Position numbers and translations under genes: made by a program
From: Myxococcota bacterium
GTDB lineage: Bacteria > Myxococcota_A > UBA9160 > JAFDDA01
Reading direction: 5' to 3'
NCBI GenBank assembly: GCA_965228475.1
Contig: OZ245817.1
Span: forward strand, 896,001 to 960,000
DNA length: 64,000 bases
Shown here: positions 46,463-56,649 of the stretch, piece by piece
How the letters are laid out: every line of letters starts with the position of its first letter
Numbering within the stretch: position 1 is the first letter of the stretch
The notes under the pieces: generated by a model
Seen by the model: only the letters and a program-made list of their open reading frames with translations
What the model was told of the DNA's origin: nothing
The model's database searches: none

Positions 46463-47431
46463 ATGACCCCGCACGCGATCGCACTCGAGCTGACCCTGAT
46501 CCTGGCCACCTGGCTCGCGATCGGCGCCCTGCAACGGGACCACCACGTTCCGGGCCGGCTCACCTTCGCCGCGGCGGCCGGAGCGGTCGCGCTGTGGGTC
46601 GGTGGCAACCTGCTCTCGCTGCGGGCGGACACGACCCTGCTCGGGCTTCGCATCAGCATGGTCGGCGCCCTGGCGCTGACACCGCTGTGGTTCGGGGTCG
46701 CGGCGCACTCGGTCAAGCTCCCGCTGATCCGGCGCACGCCCTGGCTCCCCTTGATGCTGATGGCCCCGTTCGTGCCGGTCTACGGGCTGCTCTATGCGGG
46801 CCCCTGGAGCGTGCTCTTCATCCCGACCCACGCCGTCGGCGAAACGGCCCACGGCCCGCTCTTCTGGTGGACGCTCTTCTATGCGTGGGGCCTGGTCCTG
46901 GCGGGTCTCGGCGTCCTGATCCATGGGGCGTGGCAGGCCGATTCGCCGGACCTGCGGCGCGGCCGCGCGCGCATGGCCGCCTCTGCCCTGGTTCCGCTGG
47001 CGGCGAACCTCTACTGGGCCTGGCAGGTGATCGGGAACGGTTCGGCCTCGAGCGAGATCACGCCGATGATGCTCGCGATCACGCTGCTCGCCTTCCGCCG
47101 CAGCATCCTCTCCGGAGGGGTGCTCGACGTCGTGCCGATCGCCCAGCGCGACATCATCCGACACCTGCCGTTCGGCGTGGTGCTCGCCGACGACGCGGGG
47201 GTGGTGATCGACGTGAACCCCGCCGCGGAGGAGCTGCTCGACCTCGCCTGCGCCGACGCCCTGGGCCGGAGCCTCGAAGCGGTGATCAGCCGCGCGCCCC
47301 TGGAGGTCCGCATCGAGATCTCGAGCGTGCGCACGCGCGGCGGAGAGTCGGCGCGCTTCGCGCTGCTCGAAGCGCCCAAGGCGCCGATTCCGGCGGCACC
47401 CGCACCGCCGATCCGACCCATCGAAGGCTGA
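46463..47431 (+). CDS. HisKA_7TM-like sensor plus PAS domain, no output domain
   Basis: Seven hydrophobic segments, HGPLFW motif, then PIAQRDII...GVVLADDAGVVIDVNPAAEELL; ends in a Pro-rich tail. Confidence 0.75.
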   Translation: MTPHAIALELTLILATWLAIGALQRDHHVPGRLTFAAAAGAVALWVGGNLLSLRADTTLLGLRISMVGALALTPLWFGVAAHSVKLPLIRRTPWLPLMLMAPFVPVYGLLYAGPWSVLFIPTHAVGETAHGPLFWWTLFYAWGLVLAGLGVLIHGAWQADSPDLRRGRARMAASALVPLAANLYWAWQVIGNGSASSEITPMMLAITLLAFRRSILSGGVLDVVPIAQRDIIRHLPFGVVLADDAGVVIDVNPAAEELLDLACADALGRSLEAVISRAPLEVRIEISSVRTRGGESARFALLEAPKAPIPAAPAPPIRPIEG

Positions 47432-47457
47432 GACCGGGCGGCGCGCCGCCGGAAGGG

Positions 47458-49728
47458 TCAGCTCTTGCGCAGGACGTTCAGCGCCGAGCCGGCCTGGAAC
47501 CACCCGATCTGGTCGTCGTTCAGGGTGTGGTTCGCGGCGAAGCGGTCTTCGCTGTCGTCGGCGTGGTGCAGCACGACCTCGACCGGCCGGCCGCGCTCGA
47601 GCTCGCCGAGGCCGAGCACGCTCACGCGGTCGTGCTCCGCCACCTTCTCGTAGTCCGCGGGGTCCGCGAAGGTCAGGGGCAGCACGCCCTGCTTCTTCAG
47701 GTTGGTCTCGGCGATGCGCGCGAAGCTTCGGACGAGCACCGCGGCGCAGCCCAGGTGCCGCGGTTCCATCGCCGCGTGCTCACGGCTCGAGCCCTCGCCG
47801 TAGTTCTCGTCCCCGACGACGACCCACTGCAGCCCCTCGGCCTTGTAGCGCCGCGCGATGACCGGGAAGGACACGCCGGTCTCGCCCGAGAGCTGATCGA
47901 CGCCTTCGCCGGCGGCACCCGTGAAGGCGTTGATCGCGCCGATGTACATGTTGTCGCTGATCCGATCGAGATGGCCGCGGAAGCGCAGCCACGGGCCGGC
48001 CATCGAGATGTGGTCCGTCGTGCACTTGCCCTTGGCCTTCAGCAGGAGCGGCAGCTTCTCGAAGTCGCCGCCGTGCCAGGCGGCGAAGGGCTCGAGGAAG
48101 GCGAGCCGTTCGCTGTCCGGGTCGATCTCGACCTCGACGCCCGCACGGTCCGCCGGCGGATCGAGGTAGCCCTCGGAGCTCATCACGAAGCCGCTCTCCG
48201 GGACGTCCGGCGCCGGCGCCGGCGGCTCGAGGCGGAACTTCGTGCCGTCCTCGGCGACCACCTCGTCCGCGAGCGGGTTCCAATCGAGGGTTCCCGTGAG
48301 GGCGTAGGCCACGGTGATCTCGGGGCTCGCGATGAAGGCGAGCGTCTCCGGGTTGCCGTCGTTGCGCTTCGGGAAGTTCCGGTTGAACGAGGTCAGGATC
48401 GAGTTCGACTCGCCCTTCTCGACGTCGTCGCGCCGCCACTGGCCGATGCACGGGCCGCAGGCGTTCGCGAGGACGACCGCGCCGATCTCCTCGAGCTCGG
48501 CGAGCTGGCCGTCGCGCTGGATCGTCTTGTGGATCTGCTCCGAGCCCGGCGTGCACCAGAGCTTCGTCTTGGCGCGCGCTCCGCGGCTCGAAGCCTGCCG
48601 CGCGACGTCGGCCGCACGCGAGAGATCCTCGTAGGAGGAGTTCGTGCAGCTTCCGATCAGGCAGGAGGTGAGGTTCAGCGGGTAGCCGCTCTTCTTCGCG
48701 TCCGCCGCGAGTTCCGAGACCGGGCGCGCGAGGTCGGGCGTGTGGGGGCCGACGACGTGCGGCTCGAGCGTCGAGAGATCGATCTCGACGATCTCGTCGA
48801 AGAAGCGCTCCGGGTCGCTCTCGACCTCGTCGTCCGCGCGCAGCAGCTCCGCGTTCCGGTTCGCGAGATCGGCGAGCGCCTCGCGCTCGGTCGACTTCAG
48901 GTAGAGCTCCATGCGCGCGTCGTACGGGAAGATCGAGGTCGTGGCGCCGAGCTCGGCGCCCATGTTGGTGATCGTGCCCTTGCCGGTGCACGAGAGCGAG
49001 GCGGTGCCCGGGCCGAAGTACTCGACCACGCGGTTCGTGCCGCCCTTCACCGTGAGGTGTTCACAGACCTTCAGGATCACGTCCTTCGGCGCGGACCAGC
49101 CGGAGAGGCTGCCCGTGAGCCGCACCCCGACGAGCTTCGGGTAGAGCACCTCCCACGGGAAGCCGGCCATCACGTCGACGGCGTCGGCGCCGCCCACGCC
49201 GCAGGCGAAGGCGCCGAGCCCGCCCGCGTTCGGCGTGTGGGAGTCCGTGCCGATCATCATCAGGCCCGGGAAGGCGTACTTCTCGAGCACCACCTGGTGG
49301 ATGATGCCGGCGCCCGGGCCCCAGAAGCCGATGCCGTAGCGCGCCGACGCGCTGCGCAGGAAGTCGTAGACCTCGCGGTTGCTGACGCGCGCGCTCTCGG
49401 TGTCTTCGGCCGCGCCCTGGTAGGCCTGGATCAGGTGGTCGCAGTGGACGGTGGTCGGGACGGCGGTGTCGTCGCGCCCGGAGGAGATGAACTGGAGGAT
49501 CGCCATCTGGGCCGTGGCGTCCTGCATGGCCACGCGGTCGGGCTGGAGCTCGATGTAGCTCTTGCCGGGCTCGAGCCGGGCGCCCTTCGGGTCGGCCAGG
49601 TGGCCGAGGAGGATCTTCTCCGCGTAGGTCAGCGGGCGGCCGAGCCGCCCTCGGATGATTTCGAGGTTTCGGGCAAGCTGATCGTAGACCCGCTCCACCC
49701 GCTCCGGTGTGGTCGCAATCTCGGTCAT
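47458..49728 (-). CDS. acnA: Aconitate hydratase, mitochondrial-type AcnA
   Basis: [84 protein letters not shown] 49728 after an AGGAG RBS. Confidence 0.96.
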   Translation of the reverse strand: MTEIATTPERVERVYDQLARNLEIIRGRLGRPLTYAEKILLGHLADPKGARLEPGKSYIELQPDRVAMQDATAQMAILQFISSGRDDTAVPTTVHCDHLIQAYQGAAEDTESARVSNREVYDFLRSASARYGIGFWGPGAGIIHQVVLEKYAFPGLMMIGTDSHTPNAGGLGAFACGVGGADAVDVMAGFPWEVLYPKLVGVRLTGSLSGWSAPKDVILKVCEHLTVKGGTNRVVEYFGPGTASLSCTGKGTITNMGAELGATTSIFPYDARMELYLKSTEREALADLANRNAELLRADDEVESDPERFFDEIVEIDLSTLEPHVVGPHTPDLARPVSELAADAKKSGYPLNLTSCLIGSCTNSSYEDLSRAADVARQASSRGARAKTKLWCTPGSEQIHKTIQRDGQLAELEEIGAVVLANACGPCIGQWRRDDVEKGESNSILTSFNRNFPKRNDGNPETLAFIASPEITVAYALTGTLDWNPLADEVVAEDGTKFRLEPPAPAPDVPESGFVMSSEGYLDPPADRAGVEVEIDPDSERLAFLEPFAAWHGGDFEKLPLLLKAKGKCTTDHISMAGPWLRFRGHLDRISDNMYIGAINAFTGAAGEGVDQLSGETGVSFPVIARRYKAEGLQWVVVGDENYGEGSSREHAAMEPRHLGCAAVLVRSFARIAETNLKKQGVLPLTFADPADYEKVAEHDRVSVLGLGELERGRPVEVVLHHADDSEDRFAANHTLNDDQIGWFQAGSALNVLRKS

Positions 49729-49811
49729 GAGTTCTCCTGGGAGGACTCCATTGTAGCGAACCTGCGCGCGTGTCCCGTTCGGGCCCGCCGCCGCGGGCCG
49801 TCTCCGGCCCG

Positions 49812-52460
49812 TCAGGAGCCGCGGGAGCCCACCACGAGCGCCGGGAGGACGACGAGGTTGCACAGGAGCACGAAGGCGATGCCGATGGTCAGCAGCTGGC
49901 CGAGGCTCGCCATGCCCGGGTGCGTCGAGAACGCGAGCGTCCCGAAGCTCGCGATCGTCGTGAGCGCGCTGAACGTGACGGCGCGGGCGGTGGTCGTCTG
50001 GAGCAGGTTCCCGCTGGCGGGAGCGGCCGTGCGGTAGCGGTGCACGAGGTGGATGCCGCTGTCGACCCCCATGCCGAGGAGCAGGGGGATCACGATCACG
50101 TCGGCGAAGTTGAACGGGATGTCGAGCAGCGTTGCCGTCGCGGCGGTGAGCATCGCCGCGAGGGAGAGCGGCACCATGACGAGCAGCGTGTCGATGACCG
50201 TGCGCCACAGGAAGAGCAGCAGCACCGTGATGATGGCCATCGCCGTGAGGAGCGCCTGACGCAGGGAGCGCACGACGGCCCGCTCGGACTCGATCATCAC
50301 GACGACGTTGCCGATGGCGTTGGGCGCCACGGTCTGCACGTCGTTCACGAAGGCTTCGAGCGCGTCGCCGTCCGAGAGGTTCTCCTTCGGGAAGACCTCG
50401 ATCCGGACGCGGCCGTCGCGCGCGACCATGCGGCTCACGAGGTCGAGCGGCAGGTTCTCGAGGGTGACCTCCTCCGCCCGGATCGCCTGGAACAGCATGT
50501 TCAAGCGCCCCGGCAGGGTTCCGAGGACCGACTCCTCGAGCGAGGCGATCCGCATCTCGGCGTCCGTGCCGACGTCCGCGAGGAACGCGGTGACCGCCCG
50601 ATGGAGCCTTTCGGCGGCGGCGCGCAGGGCCGGGTCGCCCCGCGCCTGGGAGAGCCGCGCGAGGCGTTCGTCGAAGCGGGCGAGGGCAGCGAGCTGTTCC
50701 TGCGTCGTCGGCGGCGGAACGCGCTCGACGTTCTCGGCGATCGGTTGGAGGAAGAACGACACGTCCTCGAGGATCGCGAGCTTCAGCGCCTGGTCCTTCG
50801 GAACGAAGTCCGCGAGGCCGAGCGCTCGCTCGACCGTCGGCAGTGCCTCGAACTCGGCCGCCAGCCGATCGGCTTCCGCTTCGTTCTCGACCACGACGTG
50901 CGCGCTCCACGGCGACATGGAGCCGCGCTCGAGGAGCTCCTGGAACACCTGGACCGACTCCGCCGACGGATCGCGCAGCTTCACCGGGTCGCGGTCGAAG
51001 CGCATGTCGGGCAGCACCGCGCCGGCCGCGATCGCGGCGACGAGGGCCCCGGCCCAGACGACGCGCGGGTAGCGCACCGGCAGGCCTCGCAGGCGGGCCG
51101 CGGCATCGACCCACGGCGGGGAAGCCCCGCGCGCGCGCACGCCCGGGGCGCGCTCCGGCCCGAGGGAGAGCAGCGCGGGCAGCAGCGTGAGGTTGCACAC
51201 GAGGCTGATGATCATGCCCGTGCCCGAGATCAGGCCGAGCTCCGCGACGCCCTTGTAGTCCGTCGGAACGAAGGCGTAGAAGCCGATCGCCGTCGTGGCG
51301 GCGCACAGCACGAGCGAGCTGCCGACGACGTCGCCGGTGTCCCGCAGCGCGGCGCCGTGGGCAAGGCCCTGCTGCGACATTTCGCGATAGCGGATGCAGA
51401 AGTGGATGCCGAAGTCGACGGAGAGCCCGATGAACAGCACGGCGAAGGCGACGGAGATCAGGTTCAGGTACCCGATCGCGGCCGTCGCGAAGCCGGCCGT
51501 CAGGATCAATCCGACGAGCAGCGTCGCCACCGCCGAGAGCACGAGTCGCGGCGAGCGCATCGCGAGCAGCAGGATGACCGAGACCAGCAGGAAGGAGGCC
51601 AGGCCGGCGAGGCGCGCCTGGTTCGCGACAAGCCCCATCTCTTCGTAGGCGAGCACCAGGTAGCCGGTCATGCGCACGCGGACGTTGTCGGAATCGTCGA
51701 AGCCCAGCTCGGAGAGCACCGCGTGGATGGTTTCGATCGAGGTCGCCGCGGGCTGGTACGCCTGGTAGTCGACCACGGGTTCGACCATCACGAGCCGCCG
51801 CCGATCCTCCGGCGTGCTCGGGCGGTCGAGGATGAGGTCCGTCCACGAGAGGCTGTGGGGCCGCCCCGCGACGGCGGCCTCGAAGGCGGCGCCCAGGTGG
51901 GTCAGGACGCCGACGAGGTCGCGGCCGCGCCCGTCGGTGCCGTGGGCCGCGTCGAGGGCTTCCCCGAGGATCCCGACGTAGCCGCGCAGGCTTCCGTCCC
52001 TCGAGAGTTCGGCGAGGTAGGGCTGGACTTCGGTCAGGTGGTCGGCGAGCGCGTCGAGCTCTTCGGGGGGCAGGTAGAGGAGGCCGTGGCGCGCGAAGAA
52101 CTCGCCGCCACCCGGCACGAACACGCTCGCGATCTGCTCGGGATGCTCCCGGAGCCGGGAGGCGATGCGCTCGGCGGCATCCTGGGCCCGGCCCGGCGTG
52201 TCGCCGTCGACGACGATGAGGATCGGGTCCGCGAGCGGCGGGAACTGGCGGTGGAAATCGTTGCGCAGGGCACGGAAGGGGAGCTCGTCCGAGAGCATGG
52301 CGGCGTCGTCGGAGTCGATGCCGAGGTGCGTGACCGTGTAGGAGAGGGAGGCGGCCGAGGCGACCAGCGTGAGTGCAATCACGGCCCGGGCGTGAGCGCG
52401 AACGAACTCCAGCCAGACGCCGAGCCAGCGGCCGAGATGGGTCTCGATCGGGTTGTTCAC
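49812..52460 (-). CDS. MMPL/RND lipid transporter, HpnN-like
   Basis: [74 protein letters not shown]. Confidence 0.88.
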   Translation of the reverse strand: MNNPIETHLGRWLGVWLEFVRAHARAVIALTLVASAASLSYTVTHLGIDSDDAAMLSDELPFRALRNDFHRQFPPLADPILIVVDGDTPGRAQDAAERIASRLREHPEQIASVFVPGGGEFFARHGLLYLPPEELDALADHLTEVQPYLAELSRDGSLRGYVGILGEALDAAHGTDGRGRDLVGVLTHLGAAFEAAVAGRPHSLSWTDLILDRPSTPEDRRRLVMVEPVVDYQAYQPAATSIETIHAVLSELGFDDSDNVRVRMTGYLVLAYEEMGLVANQARLAGLASFLLVSVILLLAMRSPRLVLSAVATLLVGLILTAGFATAAIGYLNLISVAFAVLFIGLSVDFGIHFCIRYREMSQQGLAHGAALRDTGDVVGSSLVLCAATTAIGFYAFVPTDYKGVAELGLISGTGMIISLVCNLTLLPALLSLGPERAPGVRARGASPPWVDAAARLRGLPVRYPRVVWAGALVAAIAAGAVLPDMRFDRDPVKLRDPSAESVQVFQELLERGSMSPWSAHVVVENEAEADRLAAEFEALPTVERALGLADFVPKDQALKLAILEDVSFFLQPIAENVERVPPPTTQEQLAALARFDERLARLSQARGDPALRAAAERLHRAVTAFLADVGTDAEMRIASLEESVLGTLPGRLNMLFQAIRAEEVTLENLPLDLVSRMVARDGRVRIEVFPKENLSDGDALEAFVNDVQTVAPNAIGNVVVMIESERAVVRSLRQALLTAMAIITVLLLFLWRTVIDTLLVMVPLSLAAMLTAATATLLDIPFNFADVIVIPLLLGMGVDSGIHLVHRYRTAAPASGNLLQTTTARAVTFSALTTIASFGTLAFSTHPGMASLGQLLTIGIAFVLLCNLVVLPALVVGSRGS

Positions 52461-52712
52461 CGCCTTTGCGCCTCCGCCCCCCGCGCGGCCCGCGGGCGAC
52501 CCCTGCTAGACTCCGCCTCCGGCGGGCCCGGGCTCCACGGACCGGACGAGCCGGGCCGGAGCCATGCCGGCCGGACTGTAGCGGTCGCAGCGGGGCGGCG
52601 TGAAGCGGTCGAGTGGACCGGCTGAAGCGGGTCGCTCGAGCGGGCCGCCCGTGACGGTTCGCCCCCAGGTGGCATTGAATCAAACGACGCCTTCGCGCGT
52701 CGTAGGGAGACG

Positions 52713-53381
52713 ATGGAAACGTTGCGCGCCTCACGAAGAAGCTTCCTGTTGGGGACCCTCGGGGCTGCCCTGCTCGGCTGGGCCAGCGTCGGGGCCGAGC
52801 CGGCCCAGGCCGACAATCTCGACGGGGAAGCTTCGAAGGTCATCGAAGCCTTTCACGGGGATCTGCTCGCGATCATGAAGGACGCGGAGACCCTCGGCTA
52901 CGAGGGCCGCTACGAGAAGCTCGGGCCCGGGCTCCAGCGGACCTTCGACCTCGACTTCATGGCGGAGAAGGCCGTCGGCAGCCACTGGCGGAAGCTCGAG
53001 GCCGAGCAGCAGGAACAGCTGCGCGACATCTTCTACCGCTTCACGCTCGCGACCTATGCGAGCCGCTTCTCCGGCTACACCGGAGAGACCTTCGAGATCG
53101 TGGCCGAGCAGGCGGCGCCGCGCGACACGGTCTTCGTGCGCACGCGCCTCCACCGAACGGACGGTGAGGACCCCGTCGAGATCAACTACCGCCTGCACCG
53201 CGGGATCGCGGGCTGGCGCGTGATCGACGTCCTCCTGCGCGGCACCGTGAGCGAGCTGGCCCTGCGCCGCTCGGAGTACTCCTCGGTGATCAAGCGGGAC
53301 GGCTTCGAGAAGCTCGTCGAGATCCTCGAGGGCAAGGTCGCCGACCTCGCCTCGGGCAAGGCCGAAGCGCCCTCCTCCTAG
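52713..53381 (+). CDS. HpnM/MlaC (Ttg2D)-family periplasmic lipid shuttle with Tat-like signal
   Basis: SRRSFLLG signal; [29 protein letters not shown]. Confidence 0.85.
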   Translation: METLRASRRSFLLGTLGAALLGWASVGAEPAQADNLDGEASKVIEAFHGDLLAIMKDAETLGYEGRYEKLGPGLQRTFDLDFMAEKAVGSHWRKLEAEQQEQLRDIFYRFTLATYASRFSGYTGETFEIVAEQAAPRDTVFVRTRLHRTDGEDPVEINYRLHRGIAGWRVIDVLLRGTVSELALRRSEYSSVIKRDGFEKLVEILEGKVADLASGKAEAPSS

Positions 53382-53391
53382 GAAGCCTGGA

Positions 53392-54234
53392 TCAGTCCGC
53401 GTAGAGCGGGTCGCCGTGCACCGAGTAGGGCGCGGCGCCGACGGCGGGCGCGTCGTCGTCGGAGGCCGTGGCGGAGACCGTGTTGATCTCGTTGGCCCGG
53501 TTGCTCAGATAGGCGAAGCGCATCGCCACGTAGAAATCGACGGAGCTTTCCTCCAGGGCCTTCAGGGCCTCGGAGTGCAGGTCCCGCAGGGTGAAGCCGT
53601 CGCTCCCCTGGTAGGCGGCGAAGACCCAGGTCGTCGGCCCGATGAACCAGGTCTGGGGGAGGAAGGCGAGGTCGACGAGGTCACCGAAGGCGTCGCGCGC
53701 GGTCGTCGGGCCGAGCAGCGGCAGGACGAGGTAGGGCCCGCTCCCGACGCCGTACTTCGCCAGCGTGATTCCGAAGTCCGTGTGATGGCCCTCGAGGCCG
53801 ATGCGGTCCGCGGCATCCCAGAGGCCGGCCACGCCCACCGTCGAGTTGATCACGAAACGGGCGCCGGTCACGCTCGCGCGCTTCGGCGAGAGCTGGAGCA
53901 GATCGTTCACCAGCACGGCGGGGGAGTTCAGGTTCACGAACACGCGACGAATCGCCCGGCGGGCGACCTTCGGGACGACGAAGGCGTAGGCCTCGGAGAT
54001 CGGGTTCACGAGGTAGCGGTCGAAACGCCGGTTGCCGTTGAAGATCCGCCGGTTGACCGCCTCGAAGGGGTCGTTGATCTCGGGCTCGATCGGGTCGTCG
54101 AAGAGCTCGTCGTACTCGAGGTCCGCCGGCGTGCCGGCGACGGTGCCCGGCGGGCCCTGCTGGCTGGCGCAGCCCGGGCCGAGCATCAGCGCGGCCAGCA
54201 GCAGGGCGGTGGTGGTGGCAAGGCGGTGGCGCAC
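53392..54234 (-). CDS. mlaA: MlaA/VacJ family lipoprotein
   Basis: Lipobox-like GPGC, DPFEAVNR, RFVINSTVG, DFGITL, GPYLVLPLLGPTTARD. Confidence 0.92.
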   Translation of the reverse strand: MRHRLATTTALLLAALMLGPGCASQQGPPGTVAGTPADLEYDELFDDPIEPEINDPFEAVNRRIFNGNRRFDRYLVNPISEAYAFVVPKVARRAIRRVFVNLNSPAVLVNDLLQLSPKRASVTGARFVINSTVGVAGLWDAADRIGLEGHHTDFGITLAKYGVGSGPYLVLPLLGPTTARDAFGDLVDLAFLPQTWFIGPTTWVFAAYQGSDGFTLRDLHSEALKALEESSVDFYVAMRFAYLSNRANEINTVSATASDDDAPAVGAAPYSVHGDPLYAD

Positions 54235-54245
54235 GGTTCCCTCTT

Positions 54246-54295
54246 CCCGTGAACGATCGGCTGGACTGGACCCGTAAACGATCGGTTGGACTGAA
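54246..54295. repeat. 25-bp imperfect tandem repeat just upstream of the mlaA start
   Basis: cccgtgaacgatcggctggactgga / cccgtaaacgatcggttggactgaa. Confidence 0.85.
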
Positions 54296-54434
54296 CGAAC
54301 GCCCCAGGGCGGGCGGCAGTTTAGCCTTTGGGGTGCGGCCAGGGCCCGGGTTTCCCCTCAGGCGGGGGGCCGGGTTTTCGCGGAGCGCCGCTCCCAACCC
54401 CGCCCCAGTTTCATTCTGAAAGTTGCGAAAAGCC

Positions 54435-54462
54435 TACACCCGGCCGGCACGCCGGACGATGC
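54435..54462 (+). promoter_or_regulatory. Putative sigma28-like promoter for flagellin
   Basis: TACA-N16-GACGATGC, about 65 nt upstream of the ATG. Confidence 0.4.
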
Positions 54463-54528
54463 CGCCCATGATAGTTGGTTTTTGGCTACACCGCGCCCGA
54501 TCGGAGCCGGTGGGCCGGGAGGCGAGTC

Positions 54529-55335
54529 ATGGGACTCCGAATCGGGAATCTTGCCGGTCTCGGCGCTCAGCGGAACCTGCTGCGGGCGGGCGAGGCCCTG
54601 AACCGGTCGCTCGAGCGGCTCTCCTCGGGCCGCCGGATCAACTCCGCCGCCGACGGAGCGGCCGAGCTGGCCATCAGCGAATCCTTCCGGGCGCAGATCG
54701 TCAGCCTCGGGGCCGCCCAGAACAACGCCGGGCAGGGCATCGCCCTGGCCCAGGTCGCGGACTCGGCCCTCGGCGAGACCTCGAACCTGCTGATCCGCAT
54801 GCGGGAGATCGCCGTGCAGGCCGCCAACGGCACCCTCGGCTCGAGCGAGCGCGCAAGCCTCGAGCAGGAGTTCGGCGACCTTCGGAGCGAGATCACGCGT
54901 CTGGCCAACACCACCGAGTTCAACGGCCGGAACCCGCTCACCGGGACGGACACGACGATCCAGGTCGGGGCGAACGGCGGCGACACGATCACCGTCAGCG
55001 GCGCCAACGCCACCGCGGCGGACCTCGGCATCGACGCGCTCGCCGTCTCCTCGGCCGCCGGCGCCAGCGGGGCCCTCGGGACCCTCGACAGCGCCATCTC
55101 CCAGGTCTCGAGCCTCCGCGCCCAGTTCGGCAGCGCCCAGCGGCGCCTCGAATCCGCCGTCCGCGTGCTCGGCGTCCAGATCGAAGGGACCTCCCAGGCG
55201 AGATCCCGGATCGTCGACACCGACTACGCCTCGGAAGTCGCCAACCTGACACGCAATCAGATCGTGCAGCAGGCGGGCGTCGCGGTGCTGACCCAGGCGA
55301 ACCAGAACCTCGGGCTGCTGCTCCAGCTCCTCTAG
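54529..55335 (+). CDS. fliC: Flagellin (minimal, 268 aa)
   Basis: ERLSSGRRINSAADGAAELAIS, RMREIAVQAANGT, TEFNG, IQVGAN, SRIVDTDYASEV, QANQ; GGAGG RBS. Confidence 0.93.
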   Translation: MGLRIGNLAGLGAQRNLLRAGEALNRSLERLSSGRRINSAADGAAELAISESFRAQIVSLGAAQNNAGQGIALAQVADSALGETSNLLIRMREIAVQAANGTLGSSERASLEQEFGDLRSEITRLANTTEFNGRNPLTGTDTTIQVGANGGDTITVSGANATAADLGIDALAVSSAAGASGALGTLDSAISQVSSLRAQFGSAQRRLESAVRVLGVQIEGTSQARSRIVDTDYASEVANLTRNQIVQQAGVAVLTQANQNLGLLLQLL

Positions 55336-55519
55336 GCCGCGCTTCCCCCGCAACGCGTTCCGAAGCCCCGAGCCGGAGGGGAAGGCCCCCGTGCGGGTGC
55401 GGGCCGGCCGCCCCGTCTTACCGAACTTTCACAGGGTGGGGGGTCTCCCGTCCCCCGCCACCCGGGGTATCCTCCGCCCCGCACGGGCCACCGCGGTGGT
55501 CGGACGCGGAGGGACACGT

Positions 55520-56602
55520 ATGCAGCCCATTCGGGTGGCCATCGCCGGCATCGGGAACTGTGCCAGCTCGCTGGTTCAGGGACTTCACTTCTACAAGAAC
55601 CACGACGACCAGGACGTCGCAGGCCTGATGCATCCGAAGATCGGTGCCTTCGGTCCGACCGACATCCAGATCGTCGCGGCCTTCGACATCGACCACCGCA
55701 AGGTGGGCCGGCCGGTCGAAGAGGCGATCTTCGCCGACCCGAACTGCACGCTGATCTTCGAGGGCAAGCCGCCCGTCTCCGACGTCGAGGTCCAGATGGG
55801 CCCGGTGCTCGACGGCGTCGCGCCCCACATGCGCGAGTACCCGGACGACCGCGCCTTCCGCGCCGCCGACGCTCCGCCGGTGGACGTGGCCCAGGCCCTG
55901 CGCGACGCGGGCGCCGAGGTGCTCGTCTGTTACATGCCCGTCGGTTCCGAGGAAGCGGTGAAGCACTACGCGGCCGCCTGTCTCGAGGCGGGCGTCGGCA
56001 TGGTGAACTGCGTGCCGGTCTTCATCGCGTCCGACCCGGAGTGGGCCAAGCGCTTCCGCGAGGCCGGCGTCCCGATCGTCGGCGACGACATCAAGAGCCA
56101 GGTCGGCGCCACCATCGTGCACCGCACCCTGACCCGCCTGTTCGGCGACCGCGGCGTGAAGCTCGACCGCACCTACCAGCTGAACACCGGGGGCAACACG
56201 GACTTCCTGAACATGCTCGCCCGGGAGCGCCTGGCTTCGAAGAAGATCTCGAAGACCGAGTCCGTGCAGTCGCAGCTCGACGAGCGGCTCGAGAACTCGA
56301 ACATCCACATCGGGCCCTCGGACTACGTGCCGTGGCAGAACGACAACAAGGTCTGCTTCATCCGCATGGAAGGGCAGGGCTTCGGCGGCGCGCCGATCGA
56401 GCTCGAGATGCGCCTCTCGGTACAGGATTCGCCCAACAGCGCCGGCGTCGTGATCGACGCCATCCGCTGCGCGAAGCTCGGTCTCGACCGCAAGCACGGC
56501 GGCCCGCTCGAGGCGCCTTCGGCCTATTACATGAAGAGCCCGCCGTTCCAGATGCGCGACAGCGTCGCGCACGACGAGACCAACGCCTTCATCAAGGGCT
56601 GA
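55520..56602 (+). CDS. ino1: myo-Inositol-1-phosphate synthase
   Basis: GIGNCASSLVQG, PVGSEEA, GDDIKSQVGATIVHR, QLNTGGNTDFLNM, SKKISKTESV, DSPNSAGV, MKSPP. Confidence 0.96.
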   Translation: MQPIRVAIAGIGNCASSLVQGLHFYKNHDDQDVAGLMHPKIGAFGPTDIQIVAAFDIDHRKVGRPVEEAIFADPNCTLIFEGKPPVSDVEVQMGPVLDGVAPHMREYPDDRAFRAADAPPVDVAQALRDAGAEVLVCYMPVGSEEAVKHYAAACLEAGVGMVNCVPVFIASDPEWAKRFREAGVPIVGDDIKSQVGATIVHRTLTRLFGDRGVKLDRTYQLNTGGNTDFLNMLARERLASKKISKTESVQSQLDERLENSNIHIGPSDYVPWQNDNKVCFIRMEGQGFGGAPIELEMRLSVQDSPNSAGVVIDAIRCAKLGLDRKHGGPLEAPSAYYMKSPPFQMRDSVAHDETNAFIKG

Positions 56603-56646
56603 TTCTCAAGGGCTGACTCGGCGTCCCCTCAAGGGCTGACTCGGCG
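56592..56646. repeat. Three copies of the ino1 3' end (tcaagggctga) filling the convergent spacer
   Basis: tcaagggctga at 56592, 56606 and 56629; 19-bp ctcaagggctgactcggcg at 56605 and 56628. Confidence 0.9.
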
Positions 56647-56649
56647 CCT

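Noticed and set aside
52461..52712. 250-bp GC-rich spacer between the MMPL and HpnM-like genes as a structured ncRNA
   Set aside because: No recognisable riboswitch, tRNA or SRP signature; pairing potential is trivial at this GC. An Infernal/Rfam search would be needed.
49729..52734. Apparent 1000-aa N-terminal extension of aconitase in the ORF track (1758 aa)
   Set aside because: Off-frame overlap with the MMPL gene; real aconitase starts at ATG 49728 with its own RBS and an upstream TACAAT box.
36405..56646. Triplicated repeats (36405-36476, 56592-56646) as CRISPR arrays
   Set aside because: Units are too short, spacers absent or irregular, copies derive from adjacent coding sequence, and no cas genes are present.
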